DNA from: Gemmatimonadales bacterium
GTDB taxonomy: Bacteria > Gemmatimonadota > Gemmatimonadetes > Gemmatimonadales > GWC2-71-9
Reading direction: 5' to 3'
DNA length: 64,000 bases
Assembly (NCBI GenBank): GCA_044229445.1
Contig: JBGASX010000003.1
Coordinates: 20,836 to 84,835 of the forward strand
Shown: piece by piece, positions 11,528 through 22,768 of the stretch
Position numbering within the stretch: the first letter of the stretch is position 1
Layout: each line of letters starts with the position of its first letter
Translations under genes and position numbers: made by a program
Notes under the pieces: model-generated
Seen by the model: only the letters and a program-made list of their open reading frames with translations
Databases searched by the model: none
Told to the model about the DNA's origin: nothing

Positions 11528-12780
11528 GCCAGCATCTCCGTGCTGTCGATCTTGGCCATCCAGCAGACCCCGCGCAGCAGGCCGGTCACGCCCGAGCCCG
11601 CAGACCCCCGGTCATCGTGCACCAGGTGCAGGACGTCGCGCAGGGGCGACTCTTCGAAGAGCCGCTCGAGCAGGGCGGAGAGCAGCACGGTGCGCTGGGG
11701 CACGGGGCTGTAGGGAAAGATTGCGGCGTGGAAGTGGCCGCTCAGCGTGCCGTTGGCGTCCATCGGCCGAAGATACGGCGCGAGGAGCGCATCCGGGCGC
11801 CGCGCGGCGACGCCGACGATGAGCGCCGTCGTGCCGTGATGCGCCTGCTCCGGCGTGAAGGAGATCTGCTCCCGGAGGTGGGCCGCGTCGGTCCGGCCGG
11901 CTTCACCGGGCGCAAGCAGTGCCGGCGACCGGCGCAGACTGGCGCCCACGACGCCCCGCATCTCCGCCACGGCAGCAAGCACGACGGCGTCCGCGCCGAG
12001 CATCTCGACGCCCACCTCCGCCAGCTCGGCCATGGGGATCTCGTCCGCATCCGGCTGGGTGGAGAAGCGGATGAGGTCCGAGAACATGCCCTTCCAGGTG
12101 ATGCCCTGCAGCAGCACCACCCTGGGCGGGTTCTTGGCGTAGGTCATCATGAAATCGGGAACCCGATTGCCCTCGGTGGGCAGGTACGCGGCGATTCCTT
12201 CCGCGGCAACCAGCTCGCCGAATCGGGGCGCACCATCCTCGTAGCGGTCCCCGAGGGCGCCAATGCCCAGACCAAAGGTCTGCTTGGGGATCGAGACGAC
12301 GCGATGAGTGGCGGGGTTGATCGGCTGGCCGAGCAGCGAGGCGGACTGGCCCACCAGGCCGCAGCGCACGCCCTCGTCGCTGTAGTGGGAGATCTCGTAG
12401 CTGCCGAACCGGGCATCGATCGCCGGAAGGCCCCAGCGACTGAATCGCCCGGAGGGGTTGGAGGCCCGGGGAAGCCCGGTCTGCGCGATGATCAGGGAGC
12501 CGAGACCGGCGGCCTCGAGGACCGCACGGGCCTGGGGAGAGGGACCTACCACGTGCAGCGTGCCGCGCAGCGCCGACAGGGCCTCGCTGAATCGCGCGAG
12601 GACCCGCACGCCGGCGGAACTGACGTAGGCAACGTCCGCCATCTCGAGTTCGATCGAGCGGGCACCCTCGCGGAGCGCATCCTCGAGGGTATCGGAAAGA
12701 TTGCGGGCCGCCTCCCCATCGAGGCGGCCCGCAAGGCGCACTACGGAAAACAGTCCGTCGTGCCCCGCGCTTACGCGCAT
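11524..12780 (-). CDS. STAS-domain protein with ~310-aa C-terminal domain of unknown family
   Basis: 418 aa. The first ~105 aa read as an SpoIIAA-like STAS fold (FSVVRLAGRLDGEAARNLSDTLEDALREGARSIELEMADVAYVSSAGVRVLARF...LHVVGPSPQARAVLEAAGL). I cannot place the rest. No TM segment or signal peptide. The start shares one base with the SBP stop (TAATG). Confidence 0.7.
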   Translation of the reverse strand: MRVSAGHDGLFSVVRLAGRLDGEAARNLSDTLEDALREGARSIELEMADVAYVSSAGVRVLARFSEALSALRGTLHVVGPSPQARAVLEAAGLGSLIIAQTGLPRASNPSGRFSRWGLPAIDARFGSYEISHYSDEGVRCGLVGQSASLLGQPINPATHRVVSIPKQTFGLGIGALGDRYEDGAPRFGELVAAEGIAAYLPTEGNRVPDFMMTYAKNPPRVVLLQGITWKGMFSDLIRFSTQPDADEIPMAELAEVGVEMLGADAVVLAAVAEMRGVVGASLRRSPALLAPGEAGRTDAAHLREQISFTPEQAHHGTTALIVGVAARRPDALLAPYLRPMDANGTLSGHFHAAIFPYSPVPQRTVLLSALLERLFEESPLRDVLHLVHDDRGSAGSGVTGLLRGVCWMAKIDSTEMLA

Positions 12781-13814
12781 TACTTCTTGGTGCTGTCGCC
12801 AACCACCTGGTTGGCCTCGGAGGACACGGCGCTCGGCACAGCGACGCCGGTGTTGGGGTTCACCGAGATCTTCGTGGTGACGACACGGAAGAACGGAATG
12901 GACGCCGGCGACTCACCCTTCAGGATGCGGCCGACCATCTTGCCCGCCTCGGCGCCACCCTCCTGGAAGTCGGGATAGATCGCGGCGATCGCACCCTTCA
13001 TCACCTCGAACGGCGACGAGGAGAACACCGGGATCTTCTTCTCCTTGGCGACCTTGAGTACGCTCTCGAACGCGGTGTGCGCCACGTTGCCGTAGATCTC
13101 GATCGCGTCGACCTTCTGGCCCAGCAGCGCCTGCGTCGCCTGCTCGGCATCGGCCACGGCACTCACGCCCTGCGCAACGGTCTTGAGCCCCGCCCGCTTG
13201 GCCGACTCCGTCATCTTGTCCTTCAGCGTCACCGACAGCGCCTCCTCGGGGCTGAACAGGATGCCGATGGTCCTGGCCTTCGGCAGGGTGCGCTTGATGA
13301 GGTCGACGCGCCGCTCCTGCTCCGGGTCGCCGAAGCCGGGGGCGTAGACGCCGGTGAAGTTGGCCAGGTGGTTCGAATCGGTGGTGCCGGCGCCGGCCGC
13401 GAACGGATCGGACAGCAGGTGGAAGACCACCGGGATGTCCTTGACCCGCTGCACTGCGGCCTGCAGCGTGGGATCCTGCAGCGCGATGATGACGGCGACC
13501 TTCTGGTCGCGGGCCTGGTCGATCAGCGTGGGCAGCGTGGCGAGATCGCCCTGCGCGGAGGTGATCCGGAGTTCGTAGTCCGTCCCCTCCTCCATGCCCA
13601 TCTCGGAGAGCCCGAACTTGATCGCGTCCTCACTCCACTCGTGACCCATCCAGTCGGCGGCGCGGATCATGGCGACGACCGGCTTCGCCTTGGCGGCGGC
13701 CGGTTCGGCGGCGGGCTTCTTCTCCCCACACCCGGCGATCGCGGCGACCAGCGCCACGGAACCGAGCGCACGCGCCCAGGAGCTTGCGAGGGGGGTCCAA
13801 CGGTGGCCGGTCAT
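12780..13814 (-). CDS. ABC transporter substrate-binding lipoprotein (uncharacterised ABC_sub_bind type)
   Basis: ORF 12780..14405 trimmed to ATG 13814, which has GGAGG 9 nt upstream (alternative ATG 13823). MTGHRWTPLASSWARALGSVALVAAIAGC|GEKK lipobox, then a periplasmic-binding-protein pattern. The upstream part of the ORF overlaps the kinase 3' end and is non-coding in character. Confidence 0.75.
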   Translation of the reverse strand: MTGHRWTPLASSWARALGSVALVAAIAGCGEKKPAAEPAAAKAKPVVAMIRAADWMGHEWSEDAIKFGLSEMGMEEGTDYELRITSAQGDLATLPTLIDQARDQKVAVIIALQDPTLQAAVQRVKDIPVVFHLLSDPFAAGAGTTDSNHLANFTGVYAPGFGDPEQERRVDLIKRTLPKARTIGILFSPEEALSVTLKDKMTESAKRAGLKTVAQGVSAVADAEQATQALLGQKVDAIEIYGNVAHTAFESVLKVAKEKKIPVFSSSPFEVMKGAIAAIYPDFQEGGAEAGKMVGRILKGESPASIPFFRVVTTKISVNPNTGVAVPSAVSSEANQVVGDSTKK

Positions 13815-13923
13815 GCTGTCCATCCTCCACACTGAGGGTTCCCGAGTCCGGAAGTCCGCCTGATCCCGGAACCGGGGGGACCGGCAGCACCGCACATGCC
13901 TGAGACGGGGGGCAATATACGAA

Positions 13924-13955
13924 CGCCCGCCCCGGGCGGAAGACCAGGGCGGGCG
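13924..13955 (-). terminator. intrinsic terminator candidate after the Ser/Thr kinase gene
   Basis: On the minus-strand RNA, CGCCCGCCC ... GGGCGGGCG forms a 9-bp stem with a 14-nt loop. It is followed by UUCGUAUAUUG. Confidence 0.5.
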
Positions 13956-13980
13956 GCAGGCAGGGCGGAAGGTGGGGCCG

Positions 13981-15939
13981 CTAGTCGGGCTTCCCGAGCG
14001 CCTCGCGGATTTCCCCCGCTGCCAGGATCGCGTTGTCGACGTCGCGGGAGAGCGCCCGGGCCTGCTGGGTGGCCATGGTGAGATCACCGAGCGCCGCCGC
14101 CGCGTCCGCGGAACGGAGCCGGAGGAGGTCGAACCGGACGTTCTGCATCGCCAGGATGCAGCTCTCGAGCTGGCTGGCGATCTGATCCCGGCGCCCGCGC
14201 AGATCGCCGATGGTCTTCTTCTGACGCTCGAGCAGCGCCATCCGCCGTGCCCGCTCCTCGTCGTCCGGCTCCCGGGCCAGGGCCTGGATCCGCTGGTCGA
14301 TCTTGTCGACACCCTGCAGATCCATGTTCGTGTCCATCGAATGCAGCGTCCGGGCATACTCGGCGGCGCGCTGGTACAACCCGTCCACCGTCCCCTGCAC
14401 ATCATCGGGGAGCATCTGCCGCTCCGCGGCGGACATGCGGTCGAGCAGCTTGAGGATCGCCAGCCGGTCGGAGTGCGCCTGGGTCATCAGGGCGGTCTGC
14501 TGCCCGTACTCATCGAGCTTGGGCGCCGGCAGCTGCCGCGCGACCTTGCCGCCCTTCCCCATGGGGGCGGCGATGGCATCGGGCGCGGGGGGACGGCTGA
14601 GCACGTCGCGCCAGGTATACCCGGCCTGCCACAACTTGGCGTAGTTGTTGACCAGCCCGAAGCCCATCGCGGCCATCGGGAAGAGGAACCACGGCGAGCC
14701 GATGCCGGTCGCGAGGTTGATCATGAACAGGCCACCCGAGACCGCCGCCCACTTCGCGAATTGGGCCCGGGTCTTCTGGACGATCAGCGGCTCGCCGGTA
14801 TCCGGCACCGGCAGCGGTGTGTCGTCCATCTTGCCGCCGATGCGCCGTCCGGCCCGATCCATCCGGCTGCTGGCCCGGTCCATGTGCCGGTCGAGCCGAT
14901 CGCGCCAGTCCTCGCCGCTCGACGGGCGCCGGGAAGGGGGCAGCGGGGACCGGGGCGGGAGCGGCGAGCGCGGAGAGGGGCCACCCGCGGCGCTGCCGTC
15001 GCCCGTGAGCCGGCGGGGCGCGTCCCCCGAGGGGCGGATCGCCGTGCCACGCTTCGTCTGGCCGGTGGGGCGGTAGCCGCTCACGGTCCGGCTCTCGAGC
15101 GCGCGGCGGAGCGCGTCGGCGGAGGGCCACCGGTTCTCGGGGTCCTTCTCGAGACAGCGCATCACGGCGAGGGCCAGATCCTCGGGGCAGTCGGGGCGCT
15201 TGAGCTCGACCGCTGGCGGCATCTCGGTGATCTGCTTCATCAGGATGCCGGCCACCGTCGGCGCGGTGAAGGGCAGCTCCCCCGTGAGCATCTGATAGGT
15301 CACGATGCCGAGACTGTAGAGATCGCTGCGTCCGTCGATCTCCTTCTCGCCCGCCGCCTGCTCGGGGCTCATGTACTGTGGCGTCCCGATTGCCACGCCA
15401 GCGCTGGTGAGCGTGCCGCCGGTACCGCCCGACATCGCCTTCGCGATGCCGAAGTCGGTGACCATCACCCGGCCGCGGGTGCCGTCGAGCAGGATGTTGT
15501 CAGGCTTGATGTCGCGATGAATCACCGAGAAGGCATGGGCGGCGCTCAGCGCATCCGCCGTCTCCTTCATGATCCGTCGCGCCTCCTCCACCGGGAGCTT
15601 GCCGCGCCGCTTGAGCCGCCCGCCGACCGACTCCCCATCGACGTAGCCCATCACGAAATAGACGAGCCCGTTACCCTCTCCGACTGTGAAGATCGGGACG
15701 ATGTTCGGATGGGAGAGGCGCGCCGCCGTCTCCGCCTCACGAGTGAAGCGGGCACGGATCTCGGCCTGGAAGGCCAGCTCGGGCGGGAGGACCTTGATCG
15801 CGACACGCCGCTTCAGTCGTTCATCGCGTGCGCGATAGACGACTCCCATACCCCCGCGACCGATCTCCCCTTCGATCGTGAAGGCATTTCCAAGAGCTTC
15901 GCTGAGGCGTGGCGCGAGGGACGAGTTCGATTCCGTCAT
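13981..15939 (-). CDS. Ser/Thr protein kinase with 2-TM segment and coiled-coil C-terminal domain
   Basis: 652 aa. GEIGRGGMGVVYRA, AIKVL, HRDIKPDN, DFG and SPE. These are followed by a Pro/Arg/Ser-rich linker, two TM helices (WAAVSGGLFMINLATGIGSPWFLFPMAAMGFGLV) and a ~200-aa helical tail. Confidence 0.9.
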   Translation of the reverse strand: MTESNSSLAPRLSEALGNAFTIEGEIGRGGMGVVYRARDERLKRRVAIKVLPPELAFQAEIRARFTREAETAARLSHPNIVPIFTVGEGNGLVYFVMGYVDGESVGGRLKRRGKLPVEEARRIMKETADALSAAHAFSVIHRDIKPDNILLDGTRGRVMVTDFGIAKAMSGGTGGTLTSAGVAIGTPQYMSPEQAAGEKEIDGRSDLYSLGIVTYQMLTGELPFTAPTVAGILMKQITEMPPAVELKRPDCPEDLALAVMRCLEKDPENRWPSADALRRALESRTVSGYRPTGQTKRGTAIRPSGDAPRRLTGDGSAAGGPSPRSPLPPRSPLPPSRRPSSGEDWRDRLDRHMDRASSRMDRAGRRIGGKMDDTPLPVPDTGEPLIVQKTRAQFAKWAAVSGGLFMINLATGIGSPWFLFPMAAMGFGLVNNYAKLWQAGYTWRDVLSRPPAPDAIAAPMGKGGKVARQLPAPKLDEYGQQTALMTQAHSDRLAILKLLDRMSAAERQMLPDDVQGTVDGLYQRAAEYARTLHSMDTNMDLQGVDKIDQRIQALAREPDDEERARRMALLERQKKTIGDLRGRRDQIASQLESCILAMQNVRFDLLRLRSADAAAALGDLTMATQQARALSRDVDNAILAAGEIREALGKPD

Positions 15940-16225
15940 CGGTTATCCAAAGAAGCAACATAGATTTAGCAGCACGGGACAGGGGGGACAAGATGGTCGC
16001 CCCGACCGGTCTCGGCTTGGCCGACACAGTGGCAGAATCGAGCGTGAGGGTGTACGAAGTGGCAGGCCAGAACGTTTCGTTGGGTGACGTTGGCCGCCAA
16101 ATTCGAGTCTTGGGCCCCTGTCAGCAGGCGGTCGTCCGCCCCTGGCGAGCTCATTCGGCCCTACCCCGCGCCTCCCTGTGGCAGCTTGTGGACCAGAAGA
16201 CCGGCGATCCGTCATCAGGGCGCCG

Positions 16226-16241
16226 TGGCACATGGGGTGCA
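16226..16241 (+). promoter_or_regulatory. sigma-54-like -24/-12 element upstream of lon
   Basis: TGGCACatgggGTGCA has GG-N10-GC spacing. All 6 positions of the -24 element and 4 of 5 of the -12 TTGCA element match. It lies ~62 nt upstream of the lon ATG. It could be a chance match in GC-rich DNA. Confidence 0.3.
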
Positions 16242-16302
16242 CCCTGACGGTGGGTTCGCCCGAAGTTCTGCCAATACGCCAGAGAGTCTGGAGTCAACAT
16301 AC

Positions 16303-18825
<2,523 letters not shown>

Positions 18826-18858
18826 GCGGTCGATCGCTCGAGGGGAATGGAGCGGCAC

Positions 18859-18888
18859 GGGGGGAGAGGAAGCGATTCCTCTCCCCCC
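18859..18888. terminator. bidirectional intrinsic terminator between lon and the cytochrome c gene
   Basis: Perfect 13-bp stem GGGGGGAGAGGAA / TTCCTCTCCCCCC with loop GCGA, followed by GTCCTGTTTCC on the + strand. Confidence 0.7.
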
Positions 18889-18933
18889 GTCCTGTTTCCA
18901 GCACCCGCGTGCTCCCCGTCTTCCACTCGGCCG

Positions 18934-19812
18934 CTAGCGCGTCCGCAGGTACGCCCACACCGCGGCGATCTCGTCATCGGTCATCAGCTTCGTCAGGCGC
19001 CACGGCATGAACGGGTTGATCGGCGTGCCATCGGGACGGGTTCCCTCGCGCAGCGCCTTGCGGAAATCGGCCTCGGTCCACGAGGCCATCTTGCCGCCGG
19101 GAGTGAGGTCCGCGGAAGCGGGCGTTCCCGGAGGGCCCTCCTTGAGGCCGCCCTTGAGATTCGCGCCGTGGCAGAAGGTGCAGCCTCCGACCACCGTGAG
19201 GTAGCCGCCGTACTCGGCCGTCGGTCCGGGCGGGATCTCGGCCGGGAGCGGTGCCGTGTGATCGAGTCCGGGTGCCGCCAGCAGCTTGGTCGGGTCGCGC
19301 GCGAGGATCATCCGTCCGATCGGCCCGATGCTGCTCGGCGGGAGTTCGTTGTCCACCGGCGGGAGCGACCGCACGTACGCGATCACCGCCGCTAGGTCGC
19401 TCCCGTTGAAGCCGGCGAACGCACGCGACGGCATGAAGACCAGCGGACGCCCGTCCGGTGCCACGCCGTTCCGGATGGCGCGCACGAGGTCGGCATCGCT
19501 GCGATGGCCGACTCCCCCCTTGCCGCTCGTGAGATTGACCGCGGTGAAATTGCCGAGGGGCCCCATGCCCATCCGCTGGCCGCCCAGGTTGTCGCCGTGG
19601 CAATCGACGCACTTCCCGATCGCGGTGGCGAGATGCCGTCCCCGTTCGATCGCGGCCGAGTCCGAGGGAACCGTGATCGCGGCGGGAGTGACGTCGTATC
19701 GCCTGGCGAGTTGCCGGTTGCTCAGCATCCAGATGATGGTCGCCGCAACCGCCAGCGCGGCGATCACCACCACGAGTCCTCTGAACAGCCATGCGCGGGA
19801 AGCTCCGGCCAT
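18934..19812 (-). CDS. membrane-anchored dihaem cytochrome c
   Basis: 292 aa. N-terminal TM helix (LFRGLVVVIAALAVAATIIWML) and two CxxCH motifs (CVDCH, CTFCH). AGGAGG lies 4 nt upstream of the ATG. Confidence 0.85.
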   Translation of the reverse strand: MAGASRAWLFRGLVVVIAALAVAATIIWMLSNRQLARRYDVTPAAITVPSDSAAIERGRHLATAIGKCVDCHGDNLGGQRMGMGPLGNFTAVNLTSGKGGVGHRSDADLVRAIRNGVAPDGRPLVFMPSRAFAGFNGSDLAAVIAYVRSLPPVDNELPPSSIGPIGRMILARDPTKLLAAPGLDHTAPLPAEIPPGPTAEYGGYLTVVGGCTFCHGANLKGGLKEGPPGTPASADLTPGGKMASWTEADFRKALREGTRPDGTPINPFMPWRLTKLMTDDEIAAVWAYLRTR

Positions 19813-19877
19813 GCATCCTCCTGAGGGAACCGATGGGCGAGGGGAAACGGTGAGTGCTGCGGACGAGCCTGAGGGAT

Positions 19878-20435
19878 CTACCAGCTCGCCCCGCGAACGA
19901 TGAGCTCCGCGGCGCGGTCGCGCCAGAGCGACGCTTCGCCCCAGCGGCTCGTCACCGGACGCGCGGCGAAATAGCCGAGTGTCAGCAGCAAGGCGAGCCG
20001 GGCCTGCGACTCGGCGTCGAGATCGTCGCGGAAGAATCCTGTCGCCTGGCCGTCGCGAAGCAGGTCGGCGATGGGCCGGATGGCGCGGTCGGCCCAGGCT
20101 CCGCCTTCGGTGGCGGAGACGAGCACGGCGGTGTGCTCGGCGTGCTGGAGGAGGAAATCGAACTGGCCCCGCACCAGGCGGCGCAGTCGCTCGACCGCCG
20201 TGAGCCCCACCAGCGGCACTTTCGAAAGCTGGCTCGCAACGGCATCCGCCGCGTGCGCCAGGACGGCGGCGTACAGTCCGGACTTCGTCGTGTAGTAGTA
20301 GTGAATGAGCTGCTTGTTGACGCCCGCCCGTTCCGCGATCCGCTGGGTCCGCGCGCCGGCCCGGCCATGCTCGGCGAATTCCTGCAGGGCTGCATCAAGC
20401 AGCCGGTCCGACGCCGAGGGTGAGCGGTGGGTCAT
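19878..20435 (-). CDS. TetR/AcrR family transcriptional regulator
   Basis: 185 aa. N-terminal HTH ...RTQRIAERAGVNKQLIHYYYTTKSGLY. Confidence 0.85.
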   Translation of the reverse strand: MTHRSPSASDRLLDAALQEFAEHGRAGARTQRIAERAGVNKQLIHYYYTTKSGLYAAVLAHAADAVASQLSKVPLVGLTAVERLRRLVRGQFDFLLQHAEHTAVLVSATEGGAWADRAIRPIADLLRDGQATGFFRDDLDAESQARLALLLTLGYFAARPVTSRWGEASLWRDRAAELIVRGASW

Positions 20436-20450
20436 CCGGCGGATGGCGGA

Positions 20451-22079
20451 CTATGTCGCCCGCAACGGCAGCTCCCGCGTGAACTCCACCCGGTCACGGC
20501 CGCCCGCCTTGGCCCGGTACAAGGCCGCATCCGCGAGCTGCGCGACCTCGTTCGCCGCGGTCGAGTCCTCCGGGTAGACCGCAACGCCGATGCAGACCCG
20601 CACGGGGATCGTCTCGCCCGCGCCGACCACCGCCGGCTGTTCGACCAGCGCGGTGCGGAGCTTGTTCGCGAGGATCGCCGCACCGGCGCGATCGGTGCGC
20701 CGGAGAATCATGCCGAACTCCTCGCCGCCGTAGCGCCCGATCAGATCGCTCGCGCGCGCGGTGGTCTGGAACACCCGCGCCACATGCAGCAGGACCTGAT
20801 CGCCCGCAATGTGCCCGTAGCGGTCGTTCACGCGCTTGAAGTGATCGACGTCGATCATCAGGAACGCGAAGGTCTCACCGTGCCGGCGGGCATACTCGAC
20901 GGCGTGCTCGAGTTCCGCCATGAGCGTCGCATGGTTGAGCAGGCCGGTGAGGCCGTCGCGGTGCACCATCTCGCGCAGGCGGCGGCCGCGCTCCGCGCGA
21001 TTGATGACCAGATGGGTCAGCAGCTCCCGGTCGACGGGCTCGGTGAGAAAGTGATCCGCGCCGGCGGAGAGCGCCTCGATCTGGTCGGCGACGGTGTCGT
21101 GGTGGGTGAGGAAGACGATCGGCGTCAGGCCGAAACGCGAATCCTGCCGGACCAGGCGCGCCAGCGAGAGCCCATCGATGCCCGGCAGTCTCGTGTCGGT
21201 CAGGATCAGGTCCGGCACCTCACGGATCATGGCCTCGCGCGCCGCGATGCCGTCAACGCAGTGGGTGACCTTCGCGTTCGCCTGCTCCAGCCACTGGATC
21301 AGCGTCTCGGCTTGCGGGAGATCGTTCTCGACCAGCAGGACCCTCGGCGGCGGACTGCCGATCCGCGCCAGCGTCTTGGCGAAGGTGGGCAGGTCGACCG
21401 ACACCCGCTCCATGGGGATGATCGTGTCGATCCCGGACGCGAGCGCACGGACCCGGTCGGTGACTTCCGACCTGCTGATCAGCACGATCGAGCGGGGCCG
21501 CACCGGGCCAGCTCCGGTCCACGCCGTGGCGGCGGAGAACGCGTCAGGGCCCGAGGGGTCTTCGATGACGATCACGAGGTCGGGACGCTCGCTCAGCTTG
21601 AGTTCCCGAGGCTCGCCAGCCCCGCTCTCCGTGCGGACCAGGAAGCCGGCGTTCACCAGCGCGGTCTCCACCTCTTTTCGGATTGCGCCCTCGAGGCCGA
21701 TCAGCAATGCGCGCCAGCCGAACTCCGTGACGGCGGGGCCGCGCGCCGGGAGGCCCAGCTCCCGGGCCGCGCTGTCGAACGCCGCCGCCAGCCGATCGAC
21801 AAGCTCCTCGAGCCGCACCGCGGCGACCTCACCGGAAGGTGGCGACTCCTGCTTGAGCCACTGCTCCCCACCGCGGGCGATCTCGCTGATCTCCGGGAAT
21901 CCGTAGGACCCCCCTGAACCGGCCAGGCGGTGGAACCGTCGCACCAGTGATGGAGTCGCGTCGCTTTCGCCGGCCCGGAAGGCCGCCACGTCCTTCCGCA
22001 ACTCGGCCAGACGGCCGGGCGCATCGAACAGGTATTCGCGGCGGAGCTCGGCGAGGGCGTCGTTCAGGGCATCCGTCAT
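20451..22079 (-). CDS. Hpt - degenerate REC - REC - GGDEF diguanylate cyclase
   Basis: ORF 20451..22229 trimmed to ATG 22079 (MTDALND...). Hpt motif FHRLAGSGGSYGF, REC with phospho-acceptor LILTDTRLPGIDG, GGDEF domain with RYGGEEFG, and an RxxD I-site (RASD) 5 residues upstream of GGEEF. 542 aa. Confidence 0.85.
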   Translation of the reverse strand: MTDALNDALAELRREYLFDAPGRLAELRKDVAAFRAGESDATPSLVRRFHRLAGSGGSYGFPEISEIARGGEQWLKQESPPSGEVAAVRLEELVDRLAAAFDSAARELGLPARGPAVTEFGWRALLIGLEGAIRKEVETALVNAGFLVRTESGAGEPRELKLSERPDLVIVIEDPSGPDAFSAATAWTGAGPVRPRSIVLISRSEVTDRVRALASGIDTIIPMERVSVDLPTFAKTLARIGSPPPRVLLVENDLPQAETLIQWLEQANAKVTHCVDGIAAREAMIREVPDLILTDTRLPGIDGLSLARLVRQDSRFGLTPIVFLTHHDTVADQIEALSAGADHFLTEPVDRELLTHLVINRAERGRRLREMVHRDGLTGLLNHATLMAELEHAVEYARRHGETFAFLMIDVDHFKRVNDRYGHIAGDQVLLHVARVFQTTARASDLIGRYGGEEFGMILRRTDRAGAAILANKLRTALVEQPAVVGAGETIPVRVCIGVAVYPEDSTAANEVAQLADAALYRAKAGGRDRVEFTRELPLRAT

Positions 22080-22762
22080 GGCGGCATTCGCAACCGGTCG
22101 AAGGTGACACGCGCCGCCGCGACAAACGCGGGCGCGCTGCTCCAGTGCCCCTGCACCTGTGCCCCATCGCGCGCGGCGAGCAGGGCGCTTCGCTGATCCA
22201 CGATCGCAACCAGCGGAATACCGGGCCACAGATGCCCGCCAGGGATTGCCTCCACCAGCGCGAAGGGCAGCTGGATCTGGGCCTGCGAGCAGAGGACCAC
22301 GTCGAGGCCGCCGCTCACGGTACGCCGGAGTGCCGGCCCGAGGATCGGGTAGGCCTCCGCAGGGGCGATGAGTCGCACCGATTCACGGGCTCGGCCGATT
22401 TCATGAGTCAGGAGCTGCAGCAGGCCCTTGGGACTGGCGATTTCGATCACGCTGGGCGTGGCCGGTGCCCCGAAGCCCTCGAGCGCCTGGGTCAGGGACT
22501 CGAGCGCGGCCCCCTGCTCGTTCGCGATTCTGGCCAGCACAGTTGCTGGCGGCTCGGCGCGAAAGAGCTTGGGCTGAACGTCCTCCGAACGGGCGGCACC
22601 CTTGGTTACCAGGCCTTCGAGTGCGCTGTATGCGTTCGCCCGCGCGAGCCCGGCCGTTCTCGCGATGGCATACCCGGTACCCGGGCCGCCCGAGAGGAGC
22701 ACCTCATACACGCGGCTCTCCGTCGGGGTGAAGCCGAATGGCGTGAGGTCGATGGCTGGCAT
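22076..22762 (-). CDS. TrmB-family transcriptional regulator
   Basis: 228 aa. N-terminal winged HTH LTPFGFTPTESRVYEVLLSGGPGTGYAIARTAGLARANAYSALEGLVTKGAA. Its stop overlaps the GGDEF gene start (ATGA). Confidence 0.7.
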   Translation of the reverse strand: MPAIDLTPFGFTPTESRVYEVLLSGGPGTGYAIARTAGLARANAYSALEGLVTKGAARSEDVQPKLFRAEPPATVLARIANEQGAALESLTQALEGFGAPATPSVIEIASPKGLLQLLTHEIGRARESVRLIAPAEAYPILGPALRRTVSGGLDVVLCSQAQIQLPFALVEAIPGGHLWPGIPLVAIVDQRSALLAARDGAQVQGHWSSAPAFVAAARVTFDRLRMPP

Positions 22763-22768
22763 GGTAGT

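Noticed and set aside
13824-14405. Upstream 190 codons of ORF 12780..14405, which overlap the 3' end of the kinase gene.
   Set aside because: The stretch is an Arg/Ser/Pro-rich shadow frame. The lipoprotein signal peptide and an SD-preceded ATG occur at 13814/13823, and a terminator-like hairpin lies in between.
16097-16113. tRNA-like T-arm (CCAAA-TTCGAGT-CTTGG) in the kinase/lon spacer.
   Set aside because: No complementary acceptor stem, D-arm or anticodon arm could be built from the flanking ~80 nt on either strand.
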